This document shows positions 47,524 to 57,762 of a stretch of DNA of 64,000 nucleotides, piece by piece (the first letter of the stretch is position 1; each line of letters starts with the position of its first letter). Under the pieces are notes generated by a model. The model was not told the origin of the DNA and made no database searches. It saw only the letters and a program-made list of their open reading frames with translations. The stretch covers positions 128,001-192,000 of the forward strand of contig JBBTCT010000002.1 in the NCBI GenBank assembly GCA_038060895.1. Direction: 5' to 3'. Source of the DNA: Planctomycetota bacterium. Its GTDB lineage: Bacteria; Planctomycetota; MHYJ01; WSZJ01. Position numbers and translations under genes: made by a program.

Positions 47524-48654
47524 ATGATGGCTCTTCGACTGGTCACCGCAATCGTCGCGTTCGCGGGCGCGTTCTGCGCCACATTTGCCACGCGAGCGAC
47601 GCCGCAGGGCCGCGAAGTCGCCGCGCCCGGAACCAGGAGCCATCCGGCGGCGAGGGCACAAGTCCCGCCGGACGCCTCTCTCGATCCCGCCGCGAGCGAT
47701 CCGCTCGAGCCTCTCCGCCTGCAGGCCAGGTCTCTGCGCAAGCTCACCGGAGCGCTGACGGTGGAGGAGCGCCGCGCGAGGATCGAGGAGTTGCGCCTCC
47801 GCATGCCGGCGCTCATCGAGGCGCGTGACGGAGCCGGGCTCGTTCAGCTGATGAGGGAACTCGCCGCGCTCGGGCCCGACGCGTACGCCGCGGCGCTTCA
47901 GATCGCCCACCTGTTCATCGAACCGGGCGCGGGCGTGACGCGCGTCTTCGGCGTGAGGCTGGAGTGGTTCCGCGAGCACGCGTTTTCGGGCCTCGCGGCC
48001 CCGATGGTGACCTGGGCGATCGAGATGCCGGACCTGGCGCCGCCATGGTTCCGCGGCTTCGCGACCGACCGGCTGGTGCGGCACCGCGGGTGGTGGCCGG
48101 AGCGGAAGAACTGGATGCTCGGCAGGATGCGCGTCGAGGACGACGACGCGGTGGCGCGGATGTTCGGCGAGCGCATCGGGGACTTCGCCGCGATCCGCGA
48201 CATCGAGACACTCGGCGATGTCGCGCGGCGCGCCGACGGACCGGGCGGACGCGCCGGGGCGACGGAAGCGCTCGGTCGCGTGGAGCCGCCGTGGGGCCGG
48301 GGAGAGCTGGAAACGCTGGCTGCAAGCGGGGATCTGGAAGTGAGCGCCGAGGCGAAGCGCTGGCTGGGAGCGGGAGCGCCGGCAGGGACGCGGATCCTCG
48401 ATGTCGCGTTGAATTCGCGCGCGGAGAAGCTCGGCCTGCGGCCGGGCGACGTCGTCCTGAAGATCCAGGGAGAGTCGTCGAGGGGAAAGTGGTCCTCGGA
48501 CTTCCACAAATTTGATTCGAGCAAACACCCCGACGAAGTGGAAGTGATTCGCGGCGGGTCGCGGCTCAAGATCCGGATTCCGAAGGAACTCTGGCGCGAC
48601 GAAGCTCCATGGGGCATCTCGGGGCGGCCGTTCTTCGAGGAGGCCCCGAAATGA
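47524..48654 (+). CDS. membrane-anchored HEAT-like + PDZ protein
   Basis: C-terminal VALNSRAEKLGLRPGDVVLKIQG; RBS GGAGG. Confidence 0.75.
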   Translation: MMALRLVTAIVAFAGAFCATFATRATPQGREVAAPGTRSHPAARAQVPPDASLDPAASDPLEPLRLQARSLRKLTGALTVEERRARIEELRLRMPALIEARDGAGLVQLMRELAALGPDAYAAALQIAHLFIEPGAGVTRVFGVRLEWFREHAFSGLAAPMVTWAIEMPDLAPPWFRGFATDRLVRHRGWWPERKNWMLGRMRVEDDDAVARMFGERIGDFAAIRDIETLGDVARRADGPGGRAGATEALGRVEPPWGRGELETLAASGDLEVSAEAKRWLGAGAPAGTRILDVALNSRAEKLGLRPGDVVLKIQGESSRGKWSSDFHKFDSSKHPDEVEVIRGGSRLKIRIPKELWRDEAPWGISGRPFFEEAPK

Positions 48655-49793
48655 AGACGACACTTCTCATCGCGGCGCTTTCCGCCTCGCTCGGCGTTGT
48701 GGCCGGCCGGCTGGTTCCGGTGCGAGAGCCCGTGGCGGCTCCGTCGGAGGCGGCCGGCCCGCCGATCCCGGCAGAGCCGGCGGCGACGGAGCCGGTGGAC
48801 AGCGCGAAGACGGAACAACCGGCTGCGGCCGACCCGGCCCTGGAAAAGAAGGCACTGGAGGCGGAAATCGCGACGCTTCAAGCAGACCCCCGCACCTGGA
48901 ACGCGGAGCAGATCCAGCGCCGCAAGGAGGAGTTGCTGGAGCGGCTCGATAAGGCGCGCCGCGGGCACGACCCAATGGCGGTCGTGGACATCGCCCAGGA
49001 GTTGGCGCGGCTCGGGCCGGCGGCCCGGCCCGATGCTCTCAAAGTCCTGACCGATGCAATGGATTCGTTCAAGTACGGAACCGGTGAGAAGTTCGACGAG
49101 TTTCTCGACGCCTGCGACGGCGCCGTGCTGGACGTGATGCAATGGGCGCTGACGGAACCGAAGCTGATGGATTCGGACGACGCGCGCATGCTGGCCGCGC
49201 TTGCCCTGACGCGACACTTCGACCAGGACGACCGAATCGCGCCGCTTCTGCTCAGGACGCTCTCGACCGAAGCCTCGTCCGACATAGCCGCGATCCTCGC
49301 CGGCGCGATCCCCCGGATGTTTCCGGCCGCGGTCATCCCGGACTTTGCCGCGTCCCTTCCCGTGAACAAACGCGGATCTCCCGACGCGCTGCTGGCCTAC
49401 TTCCGCGGCCTGCGCCTCTCGGGCTGGACGGACGGCGAGAAGTCGCACGTTCTCGACCACCTCGCCGGCAGCTCCTCCGCCGTCATCCGGGAAGTCGCAA
49501 AATCGGCGCAGGAACTTCGCGCCGCGTCGGGGACCGGATTCGCGCTGGAGTGGATGGCCCCGAACGCTTCCTCCACGCTCGGCGACCTCAGGGCCGGCGA
49601 CGTCGTGCGCTCCGTGGAGGGCGAGGTTCCGGGAAGCGGCGACCACCTGCTGGAAATCCTGTCGCGCGTGAAAGTCGGCGAATCCGTTATCCTGACGGTC
49701 TGGCGCGAAGGACAGGAATTTGCTCTCGGGTGGTCGGGACGCGCGCGGATGGACGCCGACATCCGCGGCTTCGCGCTCCAGCCGGGGGAGTAA
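48651..49793 (+). CDS. membrane-anchored HEAT-like + PDZ protein (tandem paralog)
   Basis: ATGA overlap; ELARLGP shared with upstream ELAALGP; LRAGDVVRSVEG...LTVWREG. Confidence 0.75.
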   Translation: MKTTLLIAALSASLGVVAGRLVPVREPVAAPSEAAGPPIPAEPAATEPVDSAKTEQPAAADPALEKKALEAEIATLQADPRTWNAEQIQRRKEELLERLDKARRGHDPMAVVDIAQELARLGPAARPDALKVLTDAMDSFKYGTGEKFDEFLDACDGAVLDVMQWALTEPKLMDSDDARMLAALALTRHFDQDDRIAPLLLRTLSTEASSDIAAILAGAIPRMFPAAVIPDFAASLPVNKRGSPDALLAYFRGLRLSGWTDGEKSHVLDHLAGSSSAVIREVAKSAQELRAASGTGFALEWMAPNASSTLGDLRAGDVVRSVEGEVPGSGDHLLEILSRVKVGESVILTVWREGQEFALGWSGRARMDADIRGFALQPGE

Positions 49794-49856
49794 CGGCACG
49801 GCATCTCCCGCCGGGGCGGAGGCTCCCGCGGGTTCTCATTTTTCAGGAGCGATCCG

Positions 49857-52496
49857 ATGCGCCCCGCTCTGTCTCTCGCCGTCGTTCTCCTTCTCGCAGC
49901 CTCCTGCAAGGCCGATCCTGCGGAAGCGGCGCGGCTGTGTCAGGAGGGAGCCGAAAAGTACATGAGTGGCGACCTGGCGGGTGCGGACGCCAAGTTCACC
50001 GAAGCGCTGGCGGCGGGGCCAGGGGAGGAGGATCGTGCGACCGTTCTGGGGAATCGCGGAGGCTGCCGCGGAAGGATGGGAAAGCACATCCTGGGGCTCG
50101 AGGACCTGGGACTGGCGCTCGAGATCGTCGACCGGCTGAAGCTCGACAAGCGGGGCTATTGGGACTGGATGCAGTTCCGCTGTTTCCTGCTGTCGCAGCT
50201 TGCGCGCTGGCAGGAAGTGGTCAACGGGTGCGATGAGCTGCTGAAGGTCGTCCCCGGAGATGCCGTCACGATGGGACTGAGATCCTGGAGCCTCGGGTAC
50301 CTCGGCCATGTCGACGAGTCGATCAAGCAGCTGAAAGTCGCGCAGGCGAACGACCCCAGCATCGCCGCGTGGGTCGCCGACATCCAGTACCTGCAGGGAG
50401 ACTTCGACGGCGTCATGGCCACCTCGAAAACGCAGGGCTGCCGTCCCGATGTGGTGAACACGCTGCTGCGCGCCCGTGCCCAGGTCGAGTGCGATCTCGG
50501 CCACCTCGACGATGCGCTCAAGACGGTGCGAGAGGTCCAGGTCCGCACCTGGACGGCCGACGTCTCCTTCGCCCAGGCCTACATCCGCGCGACACCCGGC
50601 TACTTCAAGTACGACTTCAACGACGCGATGGTCGCTTACGCGGATTTCGGCGCCAAGATGGACCATGTCTTTGCGATCAGCCACAAGGCCCGGGCGCTCT
50701 TCCTCGCCGAACGCTACGTCGAGTGCCGGGACTTCCTCTCGACGCGCGCCCCGCGGACCGACTTCTTCTGCATGTTCTGGCTCGGCGCTTCCCAGTGGAA
50801 ACTCGAGCAGTTCGCCGAGGCCCGCGCCACGCTGGCGGACGCCCGCCGCCTGAACCCGTATCTCACGGCGTGGGCGAAGCGCATCGAAGGGCTGGAAGCG
50901 TTTGTTGCGCCGATCGACGAAGAGATCACGGCGGAGAAGGGCGGGGACACGGGCCGGCGGCTGCGGTACGAGCTCGCGACGCACCTGCTGTCGGTCGCGG
51001 AGATCGAGACGCTGGTGCGGCGGTACGAGTTTGCGCGGGCGGCGGGAGAGTACGGAAAGCTACTGCCGAGCCTCGTGTCGCCGGTGCGCAAGAAGGAAGT
51101 CGAGACGCGCCTTGCCGAGATCAAGGGCATGGCGGCCGCGCTCGACAAGCTCATCCTCGCCATCAACAACAAGAAGGTGAAGCTCAACGTCAAGGTGTCC
51201 ACGCAGGACCTGGCGATCGCGAAGGCCGACAATAGGGCGTTCGAGTTCACGTTTCCCAAAGGGTCAGGCAAGTTTCCCTGGGCGTATCTCGACCCCCTGG
51301 ACTTTTTCAGGTTCGCGAACCAGCAGGCCACGACCCCCGAGGAACATTACGCCCTGGGAGTTCTCCTCTGGGACGTGGGGGAGTCCAAGGCGGCCCAGCA
51401 GAACATCGAAAGCGCCGCCAAGGGCGCGGCCAAATTGAAAGGCACGATCGACAACCTGGTCGCGCGTAAACGCGGCGTCGCGACGCCGAAGGGAGGATTC
51501 GTCCTCTACAAGGGAACGTACGTGACGCCCGAGGAGAAGACGAGTCTTGAGAAGGGGCTCGTGCGGTACCAGGGGAAGTGGGTCACGCCCGCGGACAAGG
51601 TGCAGCTGGCGAAGGGGCTCATCCAGGTCGGCGGGAAGTGGGTCAGCGGTGAAGAATCGAAGCTGCTGGCGGCCGGTTACCGGAAGTACAAGGACCAGTG
51701 GATGGGCGCCGAGGAATATGAGGCGTTGCGTTCGAACTGGGAAACGGCGTACGAGGCGGAGACGGAGCACTTCAAGATCCGCACCAACGCCGGCGAAGGC
51801 TTCTCGAAGGACCTCGCCGCCCTCGCGGAGGTCGCGTACGGGGAACTCAAGACCTTCTACGACGGACGCGAGCCGAAACTGGGCAAGGAGAAGATGACGC
51901 TCTTCGCATTTCGCTCCTACGAGGACTACCGGAAATACTGCGTCGAGAAGAAGGCCGAGGAGAACCTCAACGCGGCCGGGTTCGCGTCATCCGATTCCAA
52001 CGTGGTCGTAGGCTGGAACAAAACCGGGAGCCACTGGCAACTCCTTCAGACCATGACGCACGAGGCCGCTCACCTCTACTATTTCCGGATCTGCTCGCCC
52101 GCGTCGCTTCCCTCCTGGCACGCCGAAGGCATGGCGACCTACTTCGAAGGGTTCAAGGGCGCGGGCGCCTCCTGGAAATTCAATTACATCAGCGAGTCGC
52201 GGCTCGCGTTCGCGCGGGAGGCGATGCTGGAGAAGAAGCACATTCCCCTCGCGGAGCTGCTGGCGGGAGATGCGCTCAAGCTCATCAACAGCGACGCCAC
52301 CCGTGCGAACCTTTTCTACAGCGAGTGCTGGGCTTTGAACTACTTCCTGTCGCAGACCGATAACGCGAAGTACCGGGACGGGTACAAGGCCTTCAGGAAA
52401 GCGGTCGAGACAGGCAAGCCCGAGCCGTTGTCGAAGTTCATTCCGGAGCAGGACAAGCTGGAGAAGGACTGGACGACGTTCATCACCAGCCAGTAA
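49857..52496 (+). CDS. exported TPR + DUF1570 (HExxH peptidase MA-like) protein
   Basis: TPRs; GLVRYQGKWV repeats; ETEHFKIRT; THEAAH...PSWHAEGMATYFE; FYSECWAL. Confidence 0.85.
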   Translation: MRPALSLAVVLLLAASCKADPAEAARLCQEGAEKYMSGDLAGADAKFTEALAAGPGEEDRATVLGNRGGCRGRMGKHILGLEDLGLALEIVDRLKLDKRGYWDWMQFRCFLLSQLARWQEVVNGCDELLKVVPGDAVTMGLRSWSLGYLGHVDESIKQLKVAQANDPSIAAWVADIQYLQGDFDGVMATSKTQGCRPDVVNTLLRARAQVECDLGHLDDALKTVREVQVRTWTADVSFAQAYIRATPGYFKYDFNDAMVAYADFGAKMDHVFAISHKARALFLAERYVECRDFLSTRAPRTDFFCMFWLGASQWKLEQFAEARATLADARRLNPYLTAWAKRIEGLEAFVAPIDEEITAEKGGDTGRRLRYELATHLLSVAEIETLVRRYEFARAAGEYGKLLPSLVSPVRKKEVETRLAEIKGMAAALDKLILAINNKKVKLNVKVSTQDLAIAKADNRAFEFTFPKGSGKFPWAYLDPLDFFRFANQQATTPEEHYALGVLLWDVGESKAAQQNIESAAKGAAKLKGTIDNLVARKRGVATPKGGFVLYKGTYVTPEEKTSLEKGLVRYQGKWVTPADKVQLAKGLIQVGGKWVSGEESKLLAAGYRKYKDQWMGAEEYEALRSNWETAYEAETEHFKIRTNAGEGFSKDLAALAEVAYGELKTFYDGREPKLGKEKMTLFAFRSYEDYRKYCVEKKAEENLNAAGFASSDSNVVVGWNKTGSHWQLLQTMTHEAAHLYYFRICSPASLPSWHAEGMATYFEGFKGAGASWKFNYISESRLAFAREAMLEKKHIPLAELLAGDALKLINSDATRANLFYSECWALNYFLSQTDNAKYRDGYKAFRKAVETGKPEPLSKFIPEQDKLEKDWTTFITSQ

Positions 52497-52601
52497 CGGC
52501 TTCGGCCCGGCAGTATTCAAACTTCCGCTCGGCGCGCTCGCCCCGACGCCCGCAAGAGGGGTCGGTGTCTTTCGGGAAGAGACGCGGTAACATTTCGTTT
52601 C

Positions 52602-53207
52602 ATGGGAAACTACTCGTACCTGCGCGCCACCGATCACTCCGGCCCCTCTGCGGACATGGATGGCGTGGACGTCGCGAGTTCAAAATACAGCCTTCCGATC
52701 GGCTGGATGATCGCCTTCGATGCGTCGGAGCTCATTGAGGTTCCGGAGGCAGAGGAAGACTATCCCGGCGCGATTTACCGCGCTTCACGGCTCCACGCGA
52801 TCGAGAGACTTTCGAATGCGATCTCCGTTCTCCGGGCAGACGAGTACCTCTGGTGGATCTTCCGTCACCTGGAGGGACTGCACGCCGAAGTGTCGGCTGC
52901 GAAGGCAGAATTTCTGGAAGCAGACCCTCGCGAGGTCTTTCTGATGGGGGAGGAGGGCGGCGACTTTGACGTTCAGTCCCGAAAGGCGCCCGGGACGCTT
53001 TCGGAGTTCCTAAATCGGATGCGCTCAGGGCAGCGGCCGCTCGCTCTGGACGCCGTGAACTCGTTGTGCGAGCTGAGCGGAATGAAACTGACCGGTTCCC
53101 GGGCTTCGGACGAAGTGGCGTGGACGGGCGACATGCAGGTGATGGGGATTCCGGATTCGGAGGCCCTCTGCCGGTTCTGGGTTCGCGGAGTGCTGGCTTC
53201 CGAATAG
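52602..53207 (+). CDS. hypothetical protein
   Basis: Acidic protein-like ORF filling the gap; MGNYSYL...SKYSLPIGW. Confidence 0.6.
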   Translation: MGNYSYLRATDHSGPSADMDGVDVASSKYSLPIGWMIAFDASELIEVPEAEEDYPGAIYRASRLHAIERLSNAISVLRADEYLWWIFRHLEGLHAEVSAAKAEFLEADPREVFLMGEEGGDFDVQSRKAPGTLSEFLNRMRSGQRPLALDAVNSLCELSGMKLTGSRASDEVAWTGDMQVMGIPDSEALCRFWVRGVLASE

Positions 53208-53255
53208 GGGTGCGTCGGCATTGCCGGCAGGCGCGCCGTGCATTTGGCGCCACGC

Positions 53256-53284
53256 AAAAAAACCGGGCCCCCAGGGGGCCCGGT
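53256..53284 (-). terminator. intrinsic terminator
   Basis: ACCGGGCCCC/GGGGCCCGGT stem followed by a T tract on the minus strand, about 20 bp after the stop at 53306. Confidence 0.85.
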
Positions 53285-53305
53285 GACAAGTGTTCTCGAT
53301 CGCGA

Positions 53306-54250
53306 CTAGCGTGCCGGCGTCCAGCTCGACCTGGACGCGGGGACGACCACGAGGTTGACCTCCTTGAATTCCTTCCAGAGACCCTTCATGGCCACTTCGT
53401 GCTGCTTGAGTTCCGGATTCTCGGCGCCGAACAGGCCTTTCTCACGCCCGTGGTCGAGCGCCAGCGCCTGGTGCGCCATGTTGTCGACGATGCGGTTGGC
53501 GAGGTCGAAGAAGCGGCCCGCGTCGGCGTTCAGCTTCGTCATCGACGAATGCAGGTAGCGGACGTAGCCGGCGTTCAGGCGCTCGGGATGACGGGCGAGT
53601 TCCCGGGCCTGGTTGCGCACCATGTCGCGCGCGCCGTTGAGGCGGTTCATCGTGTCGAGCAGGTCCATCCAGAGGAAGCCGCCCCAGCTGCCGGCGGTTC
53701 CGGCCTTGGCGCCCAGCTTGTCGAAGGCGGCCTGAAGCGTCGCACCGGCATGGTAGTAACCGTAGGTCTGCTCCGCGCGACTGGCGTATTCCTCGAGCAC
53801 CTGCGCGTCGGCGTTCAGGAGCCGGATGGCTTCTTTAGCCGTCATGCCCGCGCCGTCCACGGGCGGAAGCGGCATGTCGCTCATCCAGCGGTTCGCTTCC
53901 CGCATCGAGGCTTCTTCGCGCATGAGGTACTGCGTGAGGAGGATGGCGTTCTGGATGCCGTACTGTCCGCGCCGGAACTCCTCGGCGATGGCCCAGCGGG
54001 TCTTGATGAGCGCATCCTGCGCCTCGTCGGCGATCCGGCGCGCTTCGGCGATCCGCTCAGGATTTTTCGCGGCGTCCGCGGGCGTCAGCGCACGCAGGTC
54101 GCGGGCGGCGTCGCGATACTCGGCGACGCGAAGGCGCGCGATGTTCAGATCGTCGGAAGCGTCGGCGGAGGCGAACAGAGGGGAGAGGAGGGAAAAGGCC
54201 GAGAGCGCGAGAGCGAGGGCAGCGGACGTGATGATCCTGGAAAGGGTCAT
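53306..54250 (-). CDS. exported all-helical hypothetical protein
   Basis: RBS AAGGAG, signal peptide, own terminator, AT-rich upstream region. Confidence 0.75.
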   Translation of the reverse strand: MTLSRIITSAALALALSAFSLLSPLFASADASDDLNIARLRVAEYRDAARDLRALTPADAAKNPERIAEARRIADEAQDALIKTRWAIAEEFRRGQYGIQNAILLTQYLMREEASMREANRWMSDMPLPPVDGAGMTAKEAIRLLNADAQVLEEYASRAEQTYGYYHAGATLQAAFDKLGAKAGTAGSWGGFLWMDLLDTMNRLNGARDMVRNQARELARHPERLNAGYVRYLHSSMTKLNADAGRFFDLANRIVDNMAHQALALDHGREKGLFGAENPELKQHEVAMKGLWKEFKEVNLVVVPASRSSWTPAR

Positions 54251-54580
54251 GGGAGAATCTCCTTGAGTTGGATGTCTTGAATAGAGACATAGCAACTTGG
54301 TGGCCAGGAACGATGAAATCGCATAACTTACTTCTAAATAACACTTTATGATCTCATTGGCGCTCGGACTGGCAAGTTGTTTGCGAGCGAAAAGAAGTCG
54401 TGATCGTATTTTCTTCGTACTTGCGACCGGAGTCCCGCTGCAGCGAGTCGGGATCGAGGCGGCCGTCCTGCTTGCGCCAGCCGCGAGTGCCGTTGGAGCA
54501 CATGTTTCGTTTGTGCGGCCCTACGCGCTAACTGCCTCCTGCCCCCGTTTTTCATGGAAGCCCGTGGTCTGGCCGCACGG

Positions 54581-54873
54581 TCACTCAAGACCTCTCATCG
54601 TCCAGATGAAATGGACCAGGAAAAATGCGAGGACTACGAGCGGCAAATAGCCGAAGCGAATCAGCGCGATGTCAGTCCGGGTTGGAGTCCATGGCCATCG
54701 CCAAATCAAGACGAGCGCGCCGCCCCAAATCCGACCAATGCGATTCCACAAATGCGCGTCGTATCGCCGCCATCCAGGATGAGCCCACTCAGGAGACCGA
54801 CAAGAACCTGCAACGCGACCGCCTCGAAGATCGGCTTTCGGTAGCTCGGAGAGATAGGCAGTGAGGGTGTCAT
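54581..54873 (-). pseudogene. small 3-TM membrane protein with a 1-bp frameshift near 54727..54729
   Basis: MTPSLPISPSYRKPIFEAVALQVLVGLLSGLILDGG...ALVGF continues in another frame as WGGALVLIWRWP...GYLPLVV...; ATGA-coupled to the upstream gene. Confidence 0.65.
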
Positions 54874-55292
54874 GGGTGTGGCGCCTCTGGCTTCCGGTTC
54901 CCGCGGCGATCAAATCGGTCGAGCGCTTCGGCTTCGCTCGACACGTACTCCACGCCGAGCAATCCGCAAATACACTGAAGTTTCGAATTCGTCCCCACGA
55001 CCATGACGCAGTCTCCTCCGCGGGCCTCGAGTTGCTTTCGCGCCCATTCATCGAATCCGAACGCAAGATCGTTCAGGTAACCCATTGCGCTGACGTCGGC
55101 CACTATGAAGTCCGCGCGCTTGGATAGCGACCGCAAGTACTCGAACGCGTTGCCGTCAGCCCCCGTCTCGGTTCCGCTCGCCGAACCTCGCATGTGGATT
55201 CGAAGGAACCGCATGCCGCTCGGCGAGAGGCCCCAGGACTCGAGAATCTTGAGGGGCCCAAAATCCCGGGAGCAGGGAGCAAGGTCTGCCAC
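54870..55292 (-). CDS. STAS-like (anti-sigma factor antagonist-like) protein
   Basis: IVADVSAMGYLND...LEARGG...GLLGV...SSEAEAL pattern; TAGAAT 7 nt before the GTG. Confidence 0.5.
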   Translation of the reverse strand: MADLAPCSRDFGPLKILESWGLSPSGMRFLRIHMRGSASGTETGADGNAFEYLRSLSKRADFIVADVSAMGYLNDLAFGFDEWARKQLEARGGDCVMVVGTNSKLQCICGLLGVEYVSSEAEALDRFDRRGNRKPEAPHP

Positions 55293-55326
55293 ATGTCTGA
55301 TTCTAGCGGATTGCGACTCGCCCTCT

Positions 55327-57567
55327 TCATCGCGGTTTTCGGTGCCTTTCGTCCGAGACGATCGGCGCCATCCACGCGGGCGCCGGGGGCGCTTCTTTGG
55401 AATCGAGCAGTTCCTTCCACTCCGCGTCCGTCAGGCGCTTGCTGTCGGAAAACTCCCTGTAGGGCATCACGGCGCCGCGACAGAGGACTTCCCCGTCCTT
55501 CCAGGGGAGAAGGACGTAGAGCGCGCGCGGCCGGGCGATGCCGACCTGGAAGTACGCGGTCGCGGCGGGGTCGCGGTGATCCGCCAGGATCGACGTCGCG
55601 CGCGGCGCGTCGTCGCGGGGCGACAGGTACGAGTTGCCCTCGTAGAACATCGCGGCGGCGAGGACGTGGCCGAACTCGAGCAGGACTTCGCGCTCTTCTT
55701 CGTCCCAGGCCGCGCCCCGCAGCTGCTTGTGCGCCATCGCTTCGAGCCGGCGGCAGAGGCGCTCCAGGTTGCGCCAGGTCCGGGTGAAAGGCGGCGTGTT
55801 GGCTTCCATGCACAGAGCCAGCTTCTCCGGGAGCGGATCCGAACTTCGCAGGACGCGCACCGTCTCGTCCAAGGTCTCGAGCGAGTTCATGACCGCGCCC
55901 GGCGTCAGGGTCTCCTCGAAACCCGACCGCAACCGCCGCCCACGTAGCACACCCACGAACCACTCCGCGCGATCGACCATCCCGAGTTTCGTCATGTCGG
56001 ATTCCAGCGCGCGCCGCGTCTTGTCCCCGCCGCCTTCGCGCAGGAAAGACGCGTAGTCCTGGAAGAGCCACAGGAGTTCGTGGCGGGAAAGCGCTTCATC
56101 GAACGCGCCCTGCGCCTCCATGAGATCGCAGCTCGACTCGACGAGATCGGCGAGCCGGGAGAAGAACGTCGGGTCCGGCTCCACGAATCCCGCCACGACG
56201 CTGTCGAAGCCGCCATACGCCTTGTTCTCCCGCGCCTGAAGCACCCAGGTGTGCCTCAGCTGCGCCCAGCCCGCGAGGGCGGCGTTCGTGCTCTTGCTCT
56301 GCCAGGCTTCGGAGGCGAAGAGCGGCGGCGCGGCGGGCTCGGGAGCATCGAGAAGCGCGCTGATGCACCGGAGGTAGCGCGAGTACAGTCCGCCGCCCTG
56401 CGTCATCGCGGCCGAGTTGTCGATCAGGCCCGCGAGAGCCTTGTCATCTCCCGGGGCGCAGCCGCGGAGAGCCTGCTGCCGCGCGAAGGCTCCGCCCAGC
56501 GCTGCGGCGACGAGAAGGCCCGACGGCCGGCGCGTGCCCGGCGACTTCGGCTCGCACCAGCGGTCGAAGATCAGCGCGTCCGGCAGGATCGTCGCGGGCA
56601 GGACGCGCAGGCCCGGCTCGATGCCGTGAAGCGCGTCGGCCGTGACCGAGGGACCTTCCTTCGGCGAGTTGCACGCTTCCCAGCTCGCCGCGCAGTACCG
56701 CTTCCAGGTCCCGATGTTGGCCCTCGTCCACCGTCCGCTTTCCGTCACACGCATCTCGAGCGGGATGTCCCCGAGGAAGCCGAGCAGTCCCCGCCATGCG
56801 GCGGTGAAGCTCCTGTAGTGCTGCCTTGCGTCGCCGTGGTCGAGGGCTTCGGACAGCAGGGCGGCCGTGAAGAGTTCCCGTTCCTGCGAGAGGCGCATCG
56901 GGATTTCCTGCAGCCAGCTCACGGCCCGGAAGTAAGCCATCAGGCGCTCGTCGCGGACGTAGAAGCCGCGTGGCGCGAATCGCGTGTAGTCCACGAACGG
57001 AAATCCTTCGTCCGCCGGGCCCGACCACTCCGGCCGCAGCCGCTCCTTCGCCGCCACGACTCGCGACATCTCCGCGTCGATCAGCTTAGAGACCTTGTCC
57101 GAAACCCCCGGCGTCTCCCCGCCCAGCAGCCTCAGCGCCACTCCCAGAGTGATCTGCGCCCGGCGCACGACGTCATCGAAGAGGTCCTCCGGAAGGTCGA
57201 ACTTCTTTTTCGCGTCGGGAAGTCCGTTCCACATCGGAGTGAGCACGCCGGAAAGTTTGCCGGCGCGCGCGCGCTCGAGCCGCACGACGCTCTCTTCCAG
57301 GAGCACGTGATACGCCGTGAGAACGGAGTCCGCGGTGACGAACGTCGGGACCTTTGAGCTGTCGTAAGGCTCGAAGATCTGCCGGTAGTCCGGTCCCGCA
57401 ACCAGGAGCTTCTGCTTTTCGAGGAGATCGACTTCTGCGTCCGACAGCCCTTCACTCCGTGCGTGCGTCCGCCAGTCTGCCGCCTTCGCTTCACCGTCCT
57501 CCGCCCAAGCCGAACACGCCATCAAGGCACTGGCGACCAGAAGCGGGAGGTTCGATCTCATAGTCAT
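55327..57567 (-). CDS. DUF3160 family exported protein
   Basis: FVTADSVLTAYH, DYTRFAPRGFY, YFRAVSWL, AALAGWAQLRH, GFVEPDP, GAVMPYREF. Confidence 0.85.
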   Translation of the reverse strand: MTMRSNLPLLVASALMACSAWAEDGEAKAADWRTHARSEGLSDAEVDLLEKQKLLVAGPDYRQIFEPYDSSKVPTFVTADSVLTAYHVLLEESVVRLERARAGKLSGVLTPMWNGLPDAKKKFDLPEDLFDDVVRRAQITLGVALRLLGGETPGVSDKVSKLIDAEMSRVVAAKERLRPEWSGPADEGFPFVDYTRFAPRGFYVRDERLMAYFRAVSWLQEIPMRLSQERELFTAALLSEALDHGDARQHYRSFTAAWRGLLGFLGDIPLEMRVTESGRWTRANIGTWKRYCAASWEACNSPKEGPSVTADALHGIEPGLRVLPATILPDALIFDRWCEPKSPGTRRPSGLLVAAALGGAFARQQALRGCAPGDDKALAGLIDNSAAMTQGGGLYSRYLRCISALLDAPEPAAPPLFASEAWQSKSTNAALAGWAQLRHTWVLQARENKAYGGFDSVVAGFVEPDPTFFSRLADLVESSCDLMEAQGAFDEALSRHELLWLFQDYASFLREGGGDKTRRALESDMTKLGMVDRAEWFVGVLRGRRLRSGFEETLTPGAVMNSLETLDETVRVLRSSDPLPEKLALCMEANTPPFTRTWRNLERLCRRLEAMAHKQLRGAAWDEEEREVLLEFGHVLAAAMFYEGNSYLSPRDDAPRATSILADHRDPAATAYFQVGIARPRALYVLLPWKDGEVLCRGAVMPYREFSDSKRLTDAEWKELLDSKEAPPAPAWMAPIVSDERHRKPR

Positions 57568-57762
57568 CTCCAAGAGTGCGGGGTGTCCGCGAGACCCGGT
57601 CAGGGATGCAAATCGCCTGCCGCGTCCGATGCCCGTGGACGCCCACCCTTGCGCGACAGCACGGGGCATCCTGCCCGGAATCATGCCCCTCGCGGTCGCA
57701 CCGGGATTTTCGCTCGGCCTGTCTGCTAGACTTTCCTCGAAGCCGCATCGAGGGAACCCCTC

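Noticed and set aside
54720-54735. programmed -1 ribosomal frameshift at TTTGGGG
   Set aside because: The heptamer is not in X XXY YYZ phase; a 1-bp deletion is the simpler explanation.
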